64,000 nucleotides of DNA from Candidatus Eiseniibacteriota bacterium (GTDB lineage: Bacteria > Eisenbacteria > RBG-16-71-46 > CAZEPH01). Made by a program: the position numbers and the translations under genes. The notes beneath the pieces were generated by a model, which worked only from the letters and a program-made list of their open reading frames with translations, was not told where the DNA came from and ran no database searches. Below, in pieces: positions 10,306-23,451 of this stretch (position 1 is its first letter; each line of letters begins with the position of its first letter). The stretch lies in assembly GCA_044229145.1 (NCBI GenBank), contig JBGATO010000012.1, forward strand, positions 9,350-73,349. Direction: 5' to 3'.

Positions 10306-11400
10306 ATGCCTTCCTCGTTGTTCACGCCCGTCCGTCTCGGCGCGCTGTCGGCGCCGCACCGTGTGTTCATGGCGCCGATGACGCGCGACCGCGCGACGGA
10401 CCAACTGCCGAACACTCTGATGCGCGACTACTACGTCCAGCGCGCGAGCGCCGGGCTCATCGTGAGCGAGGGCTCGCAGATCTCGCAGCAAGGCCAAGGC
10501 TACTTCGACACGCCGGGCTGCTACACCGACGCGCAGGAAGCCGGCTGGCGCGCCATCGTCGACGCGGTGCATGCGGCGGACGGGCGCATGGTGCTGCAGC
10601 TGTGGCACGTCGGGCGCTCCTCGCATCAGGCGTATCAGCCGCGCGGCGCGCTGCCGGTGGCGCCGTCGGCGATCGCCCTGCCGGGCAAGACGTACACGCC
10701 GGATGCCGGCATGCAGGATCACCCGACGCCCCGCGCGCTCGACCGCGACGAGATCCCGGGCATCGTCGAGCAGTTCGCGGCGGCAGCCGCGCGCGCGATG
10801 GCGGCGGGCTTCGACGGCGTCGAGATTCACGGCGCCAACGGCTATCTCATCGACCAGTTCTTGCGCGATGGCACCAACCGGCGCGACGACGACTACGGCG
10901 GCTCGATCGGCAATCGCCTCCGCTTCCTGCGCGAGGTGGTCGGCGCGGTGGTCGATGTCGCGGGGCACGAGCGCGTGGGCATCCGCCTCTCGCCGGGCAA
11001 CGTGCCGGGCCGCATGGAGGACTCGGACCCGCGCGCGACCTACATCGCCGCGGCGGAGGCGCTCGCGAAGTTCGGGCTCGCGTACGTGCATCTGAACGCC
11101 GGCGCGCCAGGCACCGAGGATCCGGCGAAGGAGAGCATCTGGGCACCGCAGATCCGCGCGGCGTTTCGCGGGCCGGTGATCCTGTGCGGCGGCTACGACG
11201 CCAAGAGCGCGGAGGCGGCAATCGACGGCGGCGTCGCGGACGCCATCGCGTTCGGCGTGCCGTTCCTGGCGAATCCGGATCTGCCGCGCCGGCTGCGGGA
11301 AGGCGCGCCGCTCAACGCGCCGCGCCGCGACCGCTTCTACGCCAGCGGTCCCGACGGCTACATCGACTATCCGGCGATGGAGGACCTCGCCCGCACCTAG
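10306..11400 (+). CDS. Old Yellow Enzyme alkene reductase (NemA-like)
   Basis: MAPMTR, QLWHVGR, EIHGANGYLIDQFL, ANPDLP. Confidence 0.95.
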   Translation: MPSSLFTPVRLGALSAPHRVFMAPMTRDRATDQLPNTLMRDYYVQRASAGLIVSEGSQISQQGQGYFDTPGCYTDAQEAGWRAIVDAVHAADGRMVLQLWHVGRSSHQAYQPRGALPVAPSAIALPGKTYTPDAGMQDHPTPRALDRDEIPGIVEQFAAAAARAMAAGFDGVEIHGANGYLIDQFLRDGTNRRDDDYGGSIGNRLRFLREVVGAVVDVAGHERVGIRLSPGNVPGRMEDSDPRATYIAAAEALAKFGLAYVHLNAGAPGTEDPAKESIWAPQIRAAFRGPVILCGGYDAKSAEAAIDGGVADAIAFGVPFLANPDLPRRLREGAPLNAPRRDRFYASGPDGYIDYPAMEDLART

Positions 11401-11991
11401 GTCCGCGTCCTCCGGGCGTGAGTGCGAACCGTGTTCCCGCACCGCGTCCGTTCGGATACCGCTGCCTCCGACGACCGTCTTGTCCGCGAAGCACTTGCGT
11501 GACGAGGCGGTCGTCGCACATGGGTGGCACGTCGGCTGCATTTGGGTCCTGCGTCACGCCGGGGAGGCGGTGCGAAGGAGAGGAGTGGTTCGCGATGGTG
11601 CCCGTGGGTCGCGGCCACCACTTCCCCGCTCGCGGCAGTGACAGCGTTCCGCCAGGGATGTCTCGGACCCAGGGACCCGAGGCGTCGCGGAGCGGTGGCC
11701 TCGGCCACCACCTCGGCCACCGCTCCCGGCGGAACGCAATTCGCTTTCGCGCGTCGACTGCATCGTGGAAGAGGGAGGGCTCCGGCCAGGGCGGGGGTCC
11801 ACGGAGGTCCGGCAGCAAATCGGGGGACTGCCGCACCGTCGAGTGTGCGTTCGCGTTCGGGAGCGCGCCGTGCACTCCGTGGCCCCGCCCAAGCCTGAGC
11901 TCTTCGGCGCCCGGGCGCGCTCGCGGTCCACGCCGCGGGCGCGTCGGCGGTCCGCCCGTCTGGACAACCCACAGGAGCTGCCGATATCCTT

Positions 11992-12010
11992 GGCACATAC
12001 ACTATGTGCC
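11992..12010. promoter_or_regulatory. Probable toxin-antitoxin autoregulatory operator
   Basis: Perfect inverted repeat GGCACATA-cac-TATGTGCC overlapping a TACACT -10-like hexamer, directly before the antitoxin RBS (GGAGG). Confidence 0.75.
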
Positions 12011-12022
12011 GGAGGATGGGCG

Positions 12023-12250
12023 ATGCCACAAATGCACTTCTACGTATCCGAGGAAACGGCGAAAGCCATCCGCACGCGGGCTGCCGCCGCGGGGCTGAGC
12101 ATCTCGCGCTATCTGCGCCAGCTGGTCGAGCAAGAGCCGGCAAAAATGGAATGGCCGGAGGGATTCTTCGACCGCGTCTACGGCGGTTGGAAAGGGGAGC
12201 CACTCGTGCGGCCTCCCCAGGGCGAGTTGGACGAGCCGCTGCCGTGGTGA
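12023..12250 (+). CDS. vapB: RHH/CopG-type antitoxin
   Basis: MPQMHFYVSEETAKAIRTRAAAAGLSISRYLRQLV; GTGA overlap with the PIN toxin gene. Confidence 0.85.
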   Translation: MPQMHFYVSEETAKAIRTRAAAAGLSISRYLRQLVEQEPAKMEWPEGFFDRVYGGWKGEPLVRPPQGELDEPLPW

Positions 12251-12681
12251 CGCACCTGATCGACTCGGACATCTGCGTGCACTTCCTCGGCGGCCGCGCA
12301 CCCGCAGTCCGCCGGAAGTTTCTCGCCGTGGACCGGGGCCGGCTCGCCATCAGCGCGGTTGCCGCAGCGGAACTTTGGTACGGCGTCTGGGCCAGCACTC
12401 GCGTGGCGGAGAATCTCGCCGCCCTGGAGGAGTTCGTGAAAACCATCGCGATCCTCCCGTTCGATCGCGGCTGCGCGGTCGAATACGGGAAGGTGCGAGC
12501 GCACCTGCGTCGCCAGGGGATCTCCGTCGGCCCCAACGACCTCCTGATCGCCTCCACGGCTCTCGCGCACGACCTCACGCTGGTCACCGCCAACACCCGC
12601 GAGTTCGGCCGCATCCCCGGCCTGCGCCTCGACGATTGGACCGGTGAGGGAGGCGGCGCGCCGAACCCCGTTCAACCTTGA
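12247..12681 (+). CDS. vapC: PIN-domain toxin VapC
   Basis: HLIDSDICV, AELWYG, GPNDLLIASTA, LVTANTREF. Confidence 0.93.
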   Translation: MTHLIDSDICVHFLGGRAPAVRRKFLAVDRGRLAISAVAAAELWYGVWASTRVAENLAALEEFVKTIAILPFDRGCAVEYGKVRAHLRRQGISVGPNDLLIASTALAHDLTLVTANTREFGRIPGLRLDDWTGEGGGAPNPVQP

Positions 12682-12707
12682 CCCTCATTCGGCGAATTTG
12701 TTAGGGT
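12678..12707 (+). promoter_or_regulatory. Putative sigma70 promoter of the atp operon
   Basis: TTGACC-N18-TAGGGT with extended TG; the -35 overlaps the vapC stop codon. Confidence 0.5.
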
Positions 12708-12820
12708 CTCGCGTCGCTTTGCGCGGGGAATCGCGTCGTCTGGCGTGCCGAACACGGGCGCGCCGCGGGGCCCGAGACTGACGGGACCATTCGGCCGGAC
12801 GCCCGCGCGGGAGATCGAGC

Positions 12821-13180
12821 ATGGCCCCCACAGAGACGCCAGACGAGGACGCGCGGCATCGCGCGTTTCGCGCGTCAGGGCGGACGCCGGACGACAAGGC
12901 GAAGGAGCGCGAGACGCGCAAGCTCGCCCGCCAGGCCGGCATCCTGACCGGAGTGCCGGCGGTGCTCGTGGCCGGGCCGCTGGTCGGTGTGCTGCTCGGC
13001 AAATTCCTCGATGCCCACTTCAAGACGAGCCCGTGGCTGCTGTTGGTCTGCCTGGTGCTCGGGTTCATCGCCGCCGGACGGGAAGTCGTCCGCATGCTGC
13101 GGTTGAGCAACGAAGACGTGCAGCCTCCAGAGGGCGAGACTCCCTCGGCGCACGAGGACACGTCGAGGAGAGATCCCTGA
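12821..13180 (+). CDS. atpZ: AtpZ/ATPase gene 1 family membrane protein
   Basis: 'GVLLGKFLDAHFKTSPWLLLVCLVLGFIAAG'; first gene of the atp operon. Confidence 0.85.
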   Translation: MAPTETPDEDARHRAFRASGRTPDDKAKERETRKLARQAGILTGVPAVLVAGPLVGVLLGKFLDAHFKTSPWLLLVCLVLGFIAAGREVVRMLRLSNEDVQPPEGETPSAHEDTSRRDP

Positions 13181-13632
13181 GCGACTCGTTCGCCTCACCG
13201 GTTCCGCGACGCTTCTGGCTGGTGGCAGGTCTCTTGTCGCTGGCGGGCGTGCTCGCGGCGCGGCACTTCATCGGGCCGCGTGGCGGCGTCGACTTCATCG
13301 TCGGCGTGGCGTTCGGGGCCGCGAACATCGTGGTCATGGGTGGATTGGTGCGCGTGACGCTGCGCACCGGGGGGGCGCTGCCGAAGAAGGCAGCGATATG
13401 GGCGGCGGTGAAGTTCCCGGTGCTCTACGGCGCGCTGTTCGCCGTGCTGCATTGGGGCCATGTGAACGCGCTGGCGTTCCTGGCCGGCTTCACCGCGATG
13501 CTCGGTGCACTGCTGATTGCCGGACTCCTGCCTGCCTCGCACCGGCGGCCCACGGCACCATCGAACACGGACGGCTCGCCGACGACGGCGGGCGCCGCAC
13601 GCACCACCAACGACACACCGTCGCACAGCTAG
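13177..13632 (+). CDS. atpI: ATP synthase protein I-like (4 TM); start uncertain, possibly CTG
   Basis: Four hydrophobic segments, 'GVAFGAANI', 'VKFPVLYG'; lies between atpZ and atpB. Confidence 0.7.
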   Translation: MSDSFASPVPRRFWLVAGLLSLAGVLAARHFIGPRGGVDFIVGVAFGAANIVVMGGLVRVTLRTGGALPKKAAIWAAVKFPVLYGALFAVLHWGHVNALAFLAGFTAMLGALLIAGLLPASHRRPTAPSNTDGSPTTAGAARTTNDTPSHS

Positions 13633-13732
13633 ATCTCGACGGTCGAGGGAGGAATCGACCGGCCCTTCTCGCCGTGGATGCCTTGTCTGAGGCACTCCGC
13701 ACGGCTCGACGAAGCGCGCCGGCGCGACACGC

Positions 13733-14608
13733 ATGATCGACGCACACGTGGTGGGACAGCTCGTCGCCGAGCAAATCGAGATTCCGGAAGAACTCCCGAA
13801 TTTCATCACGTTCCTCGTCCATCACTTGGGCGAGGAGTCGCCTCTCGCGCATTTCCTCGAGACCTGGCAGGACCAGATCTTCATGGCGCTGGTCATCGGC
13901 ACGCTGGTGACCGTCTTCGCGATCGGCACCAAGAACCGCCACGCGAAGGTGCCGGGCCGCCTGCAGTGCTTCCTCGAGATGATCGCCGAGTATCTCAACA
14001 ACCTGATTTGCGGCGTCATCGGCCCGCAGGGGCGGCAGTTCACGCCGTTCCTCGGCACCATCTTCCTGTACATCCTCACGATGAACCTGTTCGGGCTCAT
14101 CCCGCTGATGAAGTCGCCGACCGGCGGTGTGGGCTTCGACGAGGCGACGCACGGCGTGCTCATGCACGCGCTCAACATGACGCTGTCGCTGTCGCTCAGC
14201 GTGTTCGTGATGACGCAGTTCCTGTCGTTCAAGAATCTCGGGCCGCTCGGCTACCTGTACCACCTCGCCGGCGAACCCAAGGGCGTGATCGGCTGGGCCT
14301 TGGCGCCGCTGATGTTCCCCATCGAGTTGATGGGCCAGCTGGCGCGTCCGCTGACGCTCGCCTTGCGTCTCTTCGGGAACATCACGTCGGAAGACAAGCT
14401 GCTCGCCATCTTCGTGTGGATGGGTGTGGTGACGGTGGCCTTCCTCGGTCTGCCGGTTGGCTTGCCGCTGCAGGCGGTGATGTACCCGCTGTTGCTCATT
14501 TTCAGCTTGGTGCAGGCGCTGGTGTTCACGCTCCTGTCGACGGTGTACTTCGCGCTGACGTTCCCGCACCACGAGGAGCATCACGAGGAGCACGCCGCGG
14601 CGCACTAG
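13733..14608 (+). CDS. atpB: F0 subunit a
   Basis: PGRLQ, NLFGLIP, RPLTLALRLFGNI, VQALVFTLL. Confidence 0.97.
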   Translation: MIDAHVVGQLVAEQIEIPEELPNFITFLVHHLGEESPLAHFLETWQDQIFMALVIGTLVTVFAIGTKNRHAKVPGRLQCFLEMIAEYLNNLICGVIGPQGRQFTPFLGTIFLYILTMNLFGLIPLMKSPTGGVGFDEATHGVLMHALNMTLSLSLSVFVMTQFLSFKNLGPLGYLYHLAGEPKGVIGWALAPLMFPIELMGQLARPLTLALRLFGNITSEDKLLAIFVWMGVVTVAFLGLPVGLPLQAVMYPLLLIFSLVQALVFTLLSTVYFALTFPHHEEHHEEHAAAH

Positions 14609-14688
14609 CCCGCGCCACGGGGTATCGCAGTTTCACGGTCGTGACGCAGTTCGACGTACAGGTCAGATCAACACACTGAGGAGGAGAA

Positions 14689-14922
14689 ATGGACTACAAG
14701 GCTGCATTGGGCCTCGGCCTGCCGCTCGGTATCGCGCTCGCTGCTGTCGGTTCGGGTCTCGGTCTGGGCCAGGCGGTCCGCGGTGCGATGGAGGCGATCG
14801 GTCGCCAGCCTGAGGCCGCTGGGAAGATCCAGACGAACATGATCATCGGTGCGGCTCTTATCGAGGCGCTCACGATCTACGCGCTCGTCTTCGGCATCCT
14901 CCTCATGGGCAAGATCGGCTAA
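14689..14922 (+). CDS. atpE: F0 subunit c (H+-type)
   Basis: GxGxGxG, RQPE loop, ALIEALTIY; lacks the Q...ES/T sodium-binding signature. Confidence 0.98.
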   Translation: MDYKAALGLGLPLGIALAAVGSGLGLGQAVRGAMEAIGRQPEAAGKIQTNMIIGAALIEALTIYALVFGILLMGKIG

Positions 14923-14993
14923 GACCGCGGCGCGATGTCACGCCGCGCCCGCGATGACCGGGCGCGGTGAGGGCTCACGCGAGAGGGGCTTCG

Positions 14994-15485
14994 ATGTTCG
15001 GAGTAGAACTCAAATTCCTCCTGACCAACGCGGTCGGCTTCCTGCTGCTCGTGTTCATCCTGCGCAAGCTTGCCTGGAGCAACTTGCTCGGGGCGATCGA
15101 CGCGCGCCGTGAGGCGATCCGCCGCGAGATCGAGGCGGCCGAGGCGCTGCGCGCCGAGGCGGAGCGGCAGCGCGCCGACTACGACGCGCGGCTTGCCAAG
15201 ATCGAGGCGGAGGCCCGCGCCAAGCTGCAGGAGGCGGTGGCCGACGGTCAGCGCATCGCCGCGGAGATCAAGGAGCAGACCCGCCAGGAGGCCGCGGACA
15301 TGATCGCCAAGGCCGAGGAGCGGATCCGTCTCGAGCACGCGCAAGCGCTCATCGCGCTGCGCGACGACGTGGTGCGTCTCACCATGACGGCCACCGAGAA
15401 GGTGGTGCGCGAGTCGATGGACGGCGAGCGTCACGAGCGGATGATTCGCGACTTCCTGAAGGAAATCGAGGGTGCGCGTGTCTGA
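14994..15485 (+). CDS. atpF: F0 subunit b
   Basis: N-terminal TM, 'IDARREAI', long coiled coil. Confidence 0.95.
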   Translation: MFGVELKFLLTNAVGFLLLVFILRKLAWSNLLGAIDARREAIRREIEAAEALRAEAERQRADYDARLAKIEAEARAKLQEAVADGQRIAAEIKEQTRQEAADMIAKAEERIRLEHAQALIALRDDVVRLTMTATEKVVRESMDGERHERMIRDFLKEIEGARV

Positions 15486-16026
15486 GCTCGTGAATGCGCG
15501 GCCCTACGCCGCGGCAGTTCTCGCCTTGGCGCAGAAGGACGGCACGCTCGACGCCACCGAGGCGGAGATGCGCGACCTCGCGGCACGCCTGTCGGGCGCG
15601 CCCGAGTTGCGCACCTTGCTGACCTCGCCGGCGTTGCGCGCGGCGGAGCGGCTCGAGCTGGCGAACAAGACGCTGTGCGCCGGCATGTCGGATCTGGTGC
15701 AGAACTTGGTGCACCTGCTGATCGACAAGCGCCGCATCAACATCGCCGAGACGATCGCCGACCACTTCGTGCAGCTCGCCGAAGAGGCGCGCGGCGTGGT
15801 GCGCGGCACGCTGACCACCGCGGTGCCGGTCAGCGACGCCGACAAGCAGGCGATCATGGCGAAGTTGGGGCAGCTCACCGGCAAGACGGTGCTGCTGGAG
15901 TCCGAGGTGGATCCGTCGGTGATCGGCGGCGTGCGCGTCCGTGTGCAGGACGTGTTGCTCGACCACACCGTGCGGCAGCGTCTCGACCAGTTGCGCGCCG
16001 ACCTCGCGCAGGTGCGGGTGCACTAG
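15478..16026 (+). CDS. atpH: F1 subunit delta
   Basis: ARPYAAAVL, VDPSVIGGVRVRV. Confidence 0.95.
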   Translation: MSELVNARPYAAAVLALAQKDGTLDATEAEMRDLAARLSGAPELRTLLTSPALRAAERLELANKTLCAGMSDLVQNLVHLLIDKRRINIAETIADHFVQLAEEARGVVRGTLTTAVPVSDADKQAIMAKLGQLTGKTVLLESEVDPSVIGGVRVRVQDVLLDHTVRQRLDQLRADLAQVRVH

Positions 16027-20041
<4,015 letters not shown>

Positions 20042-20047
20042 GCGATC

Positions 20048-20308
20048 ATGGCAGCCACGTTTCATCTCGACATCGTCACGCCGGTCGGCTCGCTCTACGC
20101 GGGCGAGGTGCAGTCGCTGATCGCGCCGGGCTCCGAGGGCTACCTCGGGATCCTCGCGCACCACGCGGCGCTAGTCACCGCGCTCGCCGCGGGCACGCTC
20201 ACCATCCGCGACGCGGCCGGCAAGCAGACGGAGCACGCCATCGCCGGCGGCTTCCTCGAGGTGTCGAACAACAAAGCGACGGTGCTGGCGGAGGGCATGG
20301 CGGAGTAG
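20048..20308 (+). CDS. atpC: F1 subunit epsilon (beta-sandwich only)
   Basis: LDIVTP, EGYLGILAHH, GGFLEV; 86 aa. Confidence 0.95.
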   Translation: MAATFHLDIVTPVGSLYAGEVQSLIAPGSEGYLGILAHHAALVTALAAGTLTIRDAAGKQTEHAIAGGFLEVSNNKATVLAEGMAE

Positions 20309-20337
20309 CCATCCTCAGCGGCACGCGGAATACGACG

Positions 20338-20371
20338 ACGGCGGCGAGGGCTTCGGCCTTCGCCGCCGTTT
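20338..20371 (+). terminator. atp operon terminator
   Basis: acggcggcgagggc-ttcg-gccttcgccgccgt followed by tt. Confidence 0.75.
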
Positions 20372-20431
20372 CGCGTTCGGCGGCTCGTGGTGCTATCGTC
20401 GCGCGGAACGTCGACCTGCAAGGAGGTTCGC

Positions 20432-21241
20432 ATGCACGTGTTGGTGTGGCTCGCCGTCGGCTTGGTGCTGGGCGCGACGGGATGGGGCATCGGGCGGCGG
20501 CGCAGCTTCGGCCCGTCGTCGGACATCTTGGTGGCGATGCTGGGAAGTCTGCTCGCCGGCTGGGGCGCGCGGCAGGAAGGCCTCGCGGGCGCGCATCCGT
20601 GGCCGACCGAGATCGCGCTCGCGGCGGCCGGCGCGGTGATGCTGGTGACGATTCTGCGCGCCGTCTACCGCGTCGCCGATCGCGCGCGAGCCGCGGCGCG
20701 GTCGCGGCGCGGTGGTGCGCACGCCGTGACGCCGGGAGACCTCGGCACCGTCGCCTTGCACGAGCTGCAACGCCTGCAGAATCTCCTGAAGCTGCCCGCT
20801 TCGCGTCCGAGTCCAAACGAATCGTTCGACGAGCAATTGACGCTCGGCCAGCGCGTCGCCGATCGCGTCGCGGCATTCGGCGGTTCGTGGACATTCATCG
20901 GGCTGTTCCTGCTGTTCATGTTCGGCTGGATGGCGTGGAACACCGAACTCGCGCACATCGATCCGTTCCCGTTCATCCTGCTCAATCTCATGCTGTCATG
21001 CGTCGCCGCGCTGCAGGCGCCGGTGATCATGATGAGTCAGAACCGGCAGGCGGCGAAGGATCGTCACGACGCCGATGTCGATCACGAGGTCAACTTGCGC
21101 GCCGAGGCGCAGCTGCGGTTGTTGACGGAGCGCTTCGTCGAGCAGTGCGCGTCGTGGGAGGCGATGCGCGAGGAGTTGGCGGCGCAGCGGGCGATGTTGG
21201 AGGCTCTGACGGGGGCGCGAGCGCCGCGCGAAGAGAGCTAG
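20432..21241 (+). CDS. DUF1003 membrane protein with GlsB/YeaQ-like N-terminal TM region
   Basis: 'GQRVADRVAAFGGSWTFI...DPFPFILLNL...QAPVIMMSQNRQAAKDR'. Confidence 0.85.
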   Translation: MHVLVWLAVGLVLGATGWGIGRRRSFGPSSDILVAMLGSLLAGWGARQEGLAGAHPWPTEIALAAAGAVMLVTILRAVYRVADRARAAARSRRGGAHAVTPGDLGTVALHELQRLQNLLKLPASRPSPNESFDEQLTLGQRVADRVAAFGGSWTFIGLFLLFMFGWMAWNTELAHIDPFPFILLNLMLSCVAALQAPVIMMSQNRQAAKDRHDADVDHEVNLRAEAQLRLLTERFVEQCASWEAMREELAAQRAMLEALTGARAPREES

Positions 21242-21256
21242 TTCGCGCCCGCTCGG

Positions 21257-21610
21257 CTACGTGGCGAGGCGCTCCCGCTCACGGTGCAGCGCGCACGCGA
21301 CGCGTCCGATGAGTTCGAGCGGCAGCGGGTCGCGGAGAGGAAACGTAAGGTTGCCCTTGGCGCCTCGGTACGGCGCCAATTCGCGAATCAATGCGGCATC
21401 CCGAGTGACCGGCGGATAGATCCCGATGTGCTTGGTGAACGCCGCGAAGTAGAAGAAGGTTCGCCCATCCCGGAAGGCGGGCATGTTGTAGCTGATGCAG
21501 CGCGAGGCGTCGGGAATCAGGCGTTCGACCGTGGCCTGAATCGACACCAAGGCGGGTCGCACGGATTCCGGCACGCTCTCGAGGTACGCGTCGTGAGAGG
21601 CGAAGGGCAT
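21257..21610 (-). CDS. DUF1801/YdhG-like protein
   Basis: 'ISYNMPAF...FAAFTKHIGIYP...KGNLTFP...PLPLELI'. Confidence 0.85.
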   Translation of the reverse strand: MPFASHDAYLESVPESVRPALVSIQATVERLIPDASRCISYNMPAFRDGRTFFYFAAFTKHIGIYPPVTRDAALIRELAPYRGAKGNLTFPLRDPLPLELIGRVACALHRERERLAT

Positions 21611-21674
21611 GGCATCACTCTCCGTGGCAGTCGGCGCCGATGTCCCTCACTGCATGCGGCGTGGGGCGGCGCGA

Positions 21675-23321
21675 CTAGACCGTGGTGTGGGAGTGCGGCG
21701 TCTCGTCGGCCGACGATGAAGTGTCGTCGGGGTCGACCGATGCGGTGGGGGCCTCGTGATCGGGAATCGCGTCCTCCGCGCTCGCGGGCGGGTCAACGAC
21801 GGGCGGTTCACTCGCTGGCGGCTCGGCGGCCGGTGCCTCGGCTGGCGCCACCGCCGTCGCATCGATCGCGGCTGGCTCCGCGGCCTTCGCCGCCTCCAAC
21901 TCTTCGCGCAACGCCACCAGCAACTCCGGCGGCGCGAACTCGCTCAGTTCCGCTTCGATCTCCTCGATGCACTCCGCCGCTTCCGCCCAGTGGCCGCCGC
22001 GCAACCGCGCGCGCGCCGACTTCACCAGCAACCGCACTTGGCCGTGCAGGTGCCGTTCGACATCGCTCGGCAGGAGGTGCGTGTCCTCGCTCAGGCGCCG
22101 CCGCGCCGCGGCCAAGTGGTGCAGCGCCCGCGTCGGATCGTCGCCCTGGTCGAAGAGGAAGTCGGCGTAGGCTTCGTGTGCTTCGCTCGGTGCGTGCGAC
22201 TGCTGCGCGGCTTGGCGGAGGTAGAGGCCTTCGCTCTCGCGATCGCCGGCGGCGCGGGCGACGCGCGCGGCGACGGTGAGCAGGGCGGGAGATGCCTCGC
22301 CGGCGTCGGCCGCGAGATCTTGCAAGAGCTCGAAGGCGGCGGAGGTGTCGCCTTCGGCAGCCAAGACCTCCGCGAGGCGCAACTCGAGCCGTTCGTCGCG
22401 CTCGTCGCCTTCGCGATTGGCGTCGATGGCCGTCTCGAGGGCGAGCTTCGCCGCCGCGGGATCGCCGTGGTCGAGCAGCAACTCCGCCAGCGTCAGCACC
22501 GCCGAGCCGCGTTCGGGGAAGTGGCGCACCAGCGTCTCGAGCGCGGCACGCGCCTGCGGCAAACCGGCCTCGCGCAGCGCCTGCGCGTACATCTCGAGCA
22601 CCAGCGGTTCGCCGGGATGCTCGCGGAGCGCGGCCTCGAGGCCGTCGAGCGCGTCGTGGATGCGGCCTTCGACGAGCGCGAGGTAGCCGGCGCCGAATTC
22701 GCGGCCGAGCGTGCGCGCGTGCTCGGCGTCTGCCAGGGGCAGGCGGGTGAGCGCGCGGGTGATGGCGGGATCGGTGAGTTCGTTGCGACGCGGCAGATTG
22801 GCGGTGACGTACGCCTCGTCGATGATCTGCGGACCCTCGGGCACCGGCGCCGGGGTGGGAGCCTCGGGTTCGGCGGCGCGCGGTGCGCGTTCCTCGCGAT
22901 CCCGCCCGCGGCCGCGTCCGCCGCGACGGCGCGAGGCATCGCGCCGCGGGCCGCGCCGCCAGGTGCGCTCGATCTCGGCGAGCTCCTCGCGCACGGCGTC
23001 GGACGGCGCCAGCCGCAGTGCCTCGTCCATCTCGTAGCGCGCGGCGTTGTAGTCGCCGAACTCCTGGGCGAGCCGGGCACGCTGCGCCGTGGCGCGCGCG
23101 GCCTCCGCCTGGGCTTCCGCCAGGCGGGCGCGCAACGCACGGGCTTTCTCCGACTCCGGATTCCGCTTCTCGTGACGCTCTAGTGCTTTGGCGTAGAACT
23201 CCACCGCGTCGAGGGGGCGTCCCGCGGCCCGTGCCGCATCGCCCTTCCTCTCTTCACGCGCGGCCGTCCACGACCAGAAGAGACCGAACAACACTCCTCC
23301 CGCCCATGGCGTGAGTGCCAA
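21675..23321 (-). CDS. TPR-repeat protein (start may be TTG at 23291)
   Basis: Ala/Leu/Glu-rich helical TPR-like repeats and an acidic Pro-rich tail. Confidence 0.65.
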   Translation of the reverse strand: MALTPWAGGVLFGLFWSWTAAREERKGDAARAAGRPLDAVEFYAKALERHEKRNPESEKARALRARLAEAQAEAARATAQRARLAQEFGDYNAARYEMDEALRLAPSDAVREELAEIERTWRRGPRRDASRRRGGRGRGRDREERAPRAAEPEAPTPAPVPEGPQIIDEAYVTANLPRRNELTDPAITRALTRLPLADAEHARTLGREFGAGYLALVEGRIHDALDGLEAALREHPGEPLVLEMYAQALREAGLPQARAALETLVRHFPERGSAVLTLAELLLDHGDPAAAKLALETAIDANREGDERDERLELRLAEVLAAEGDTSAAFELLQDLAADAGEASPALLTVAARVARAAGDRESEGLYLRQAAQQSHAPSEAHEAYADFLFDQGDDPTRALHHLAAARRRLSEDTHLLPSDVERHLHGQVRLLVKSARARLRGGHWAEAAECIEEIEAELSEFAPPELLVALREELEAAKAAEPAAIDATAVAPAEAPAAEPPASEPPVVDPPASAEDAIPDHEAPTASVDPDDTSSSADETPHSHTTV

Positions 23322-23451
23322 CGTGTGACATTGTGTGCGCAGCTCCGTGAAGGGCGCGCAGGATCACTCAGACTGACGCAGAATGACACGCCGCGTGAAG
23401 GTTCGGCAAGCGGGGATTGCACTTACGCGCGGGAGTGGATCCCGGCCGGAC

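Noticed and set aside
7489..11541. Very long antisense ORFs (e.g. 1350 aa here; 43119..46337; 15379..17481)
   Set aside because: They are shadow ORFs of well-supported genes, expected from GC-rich codon bias.
14689..14922. Na+-translocating or N-type ATPase
   Set aside because: The c subunit lacks the sodium-binding Q and ES/T residues, the gene order is canonical, and delta is present.
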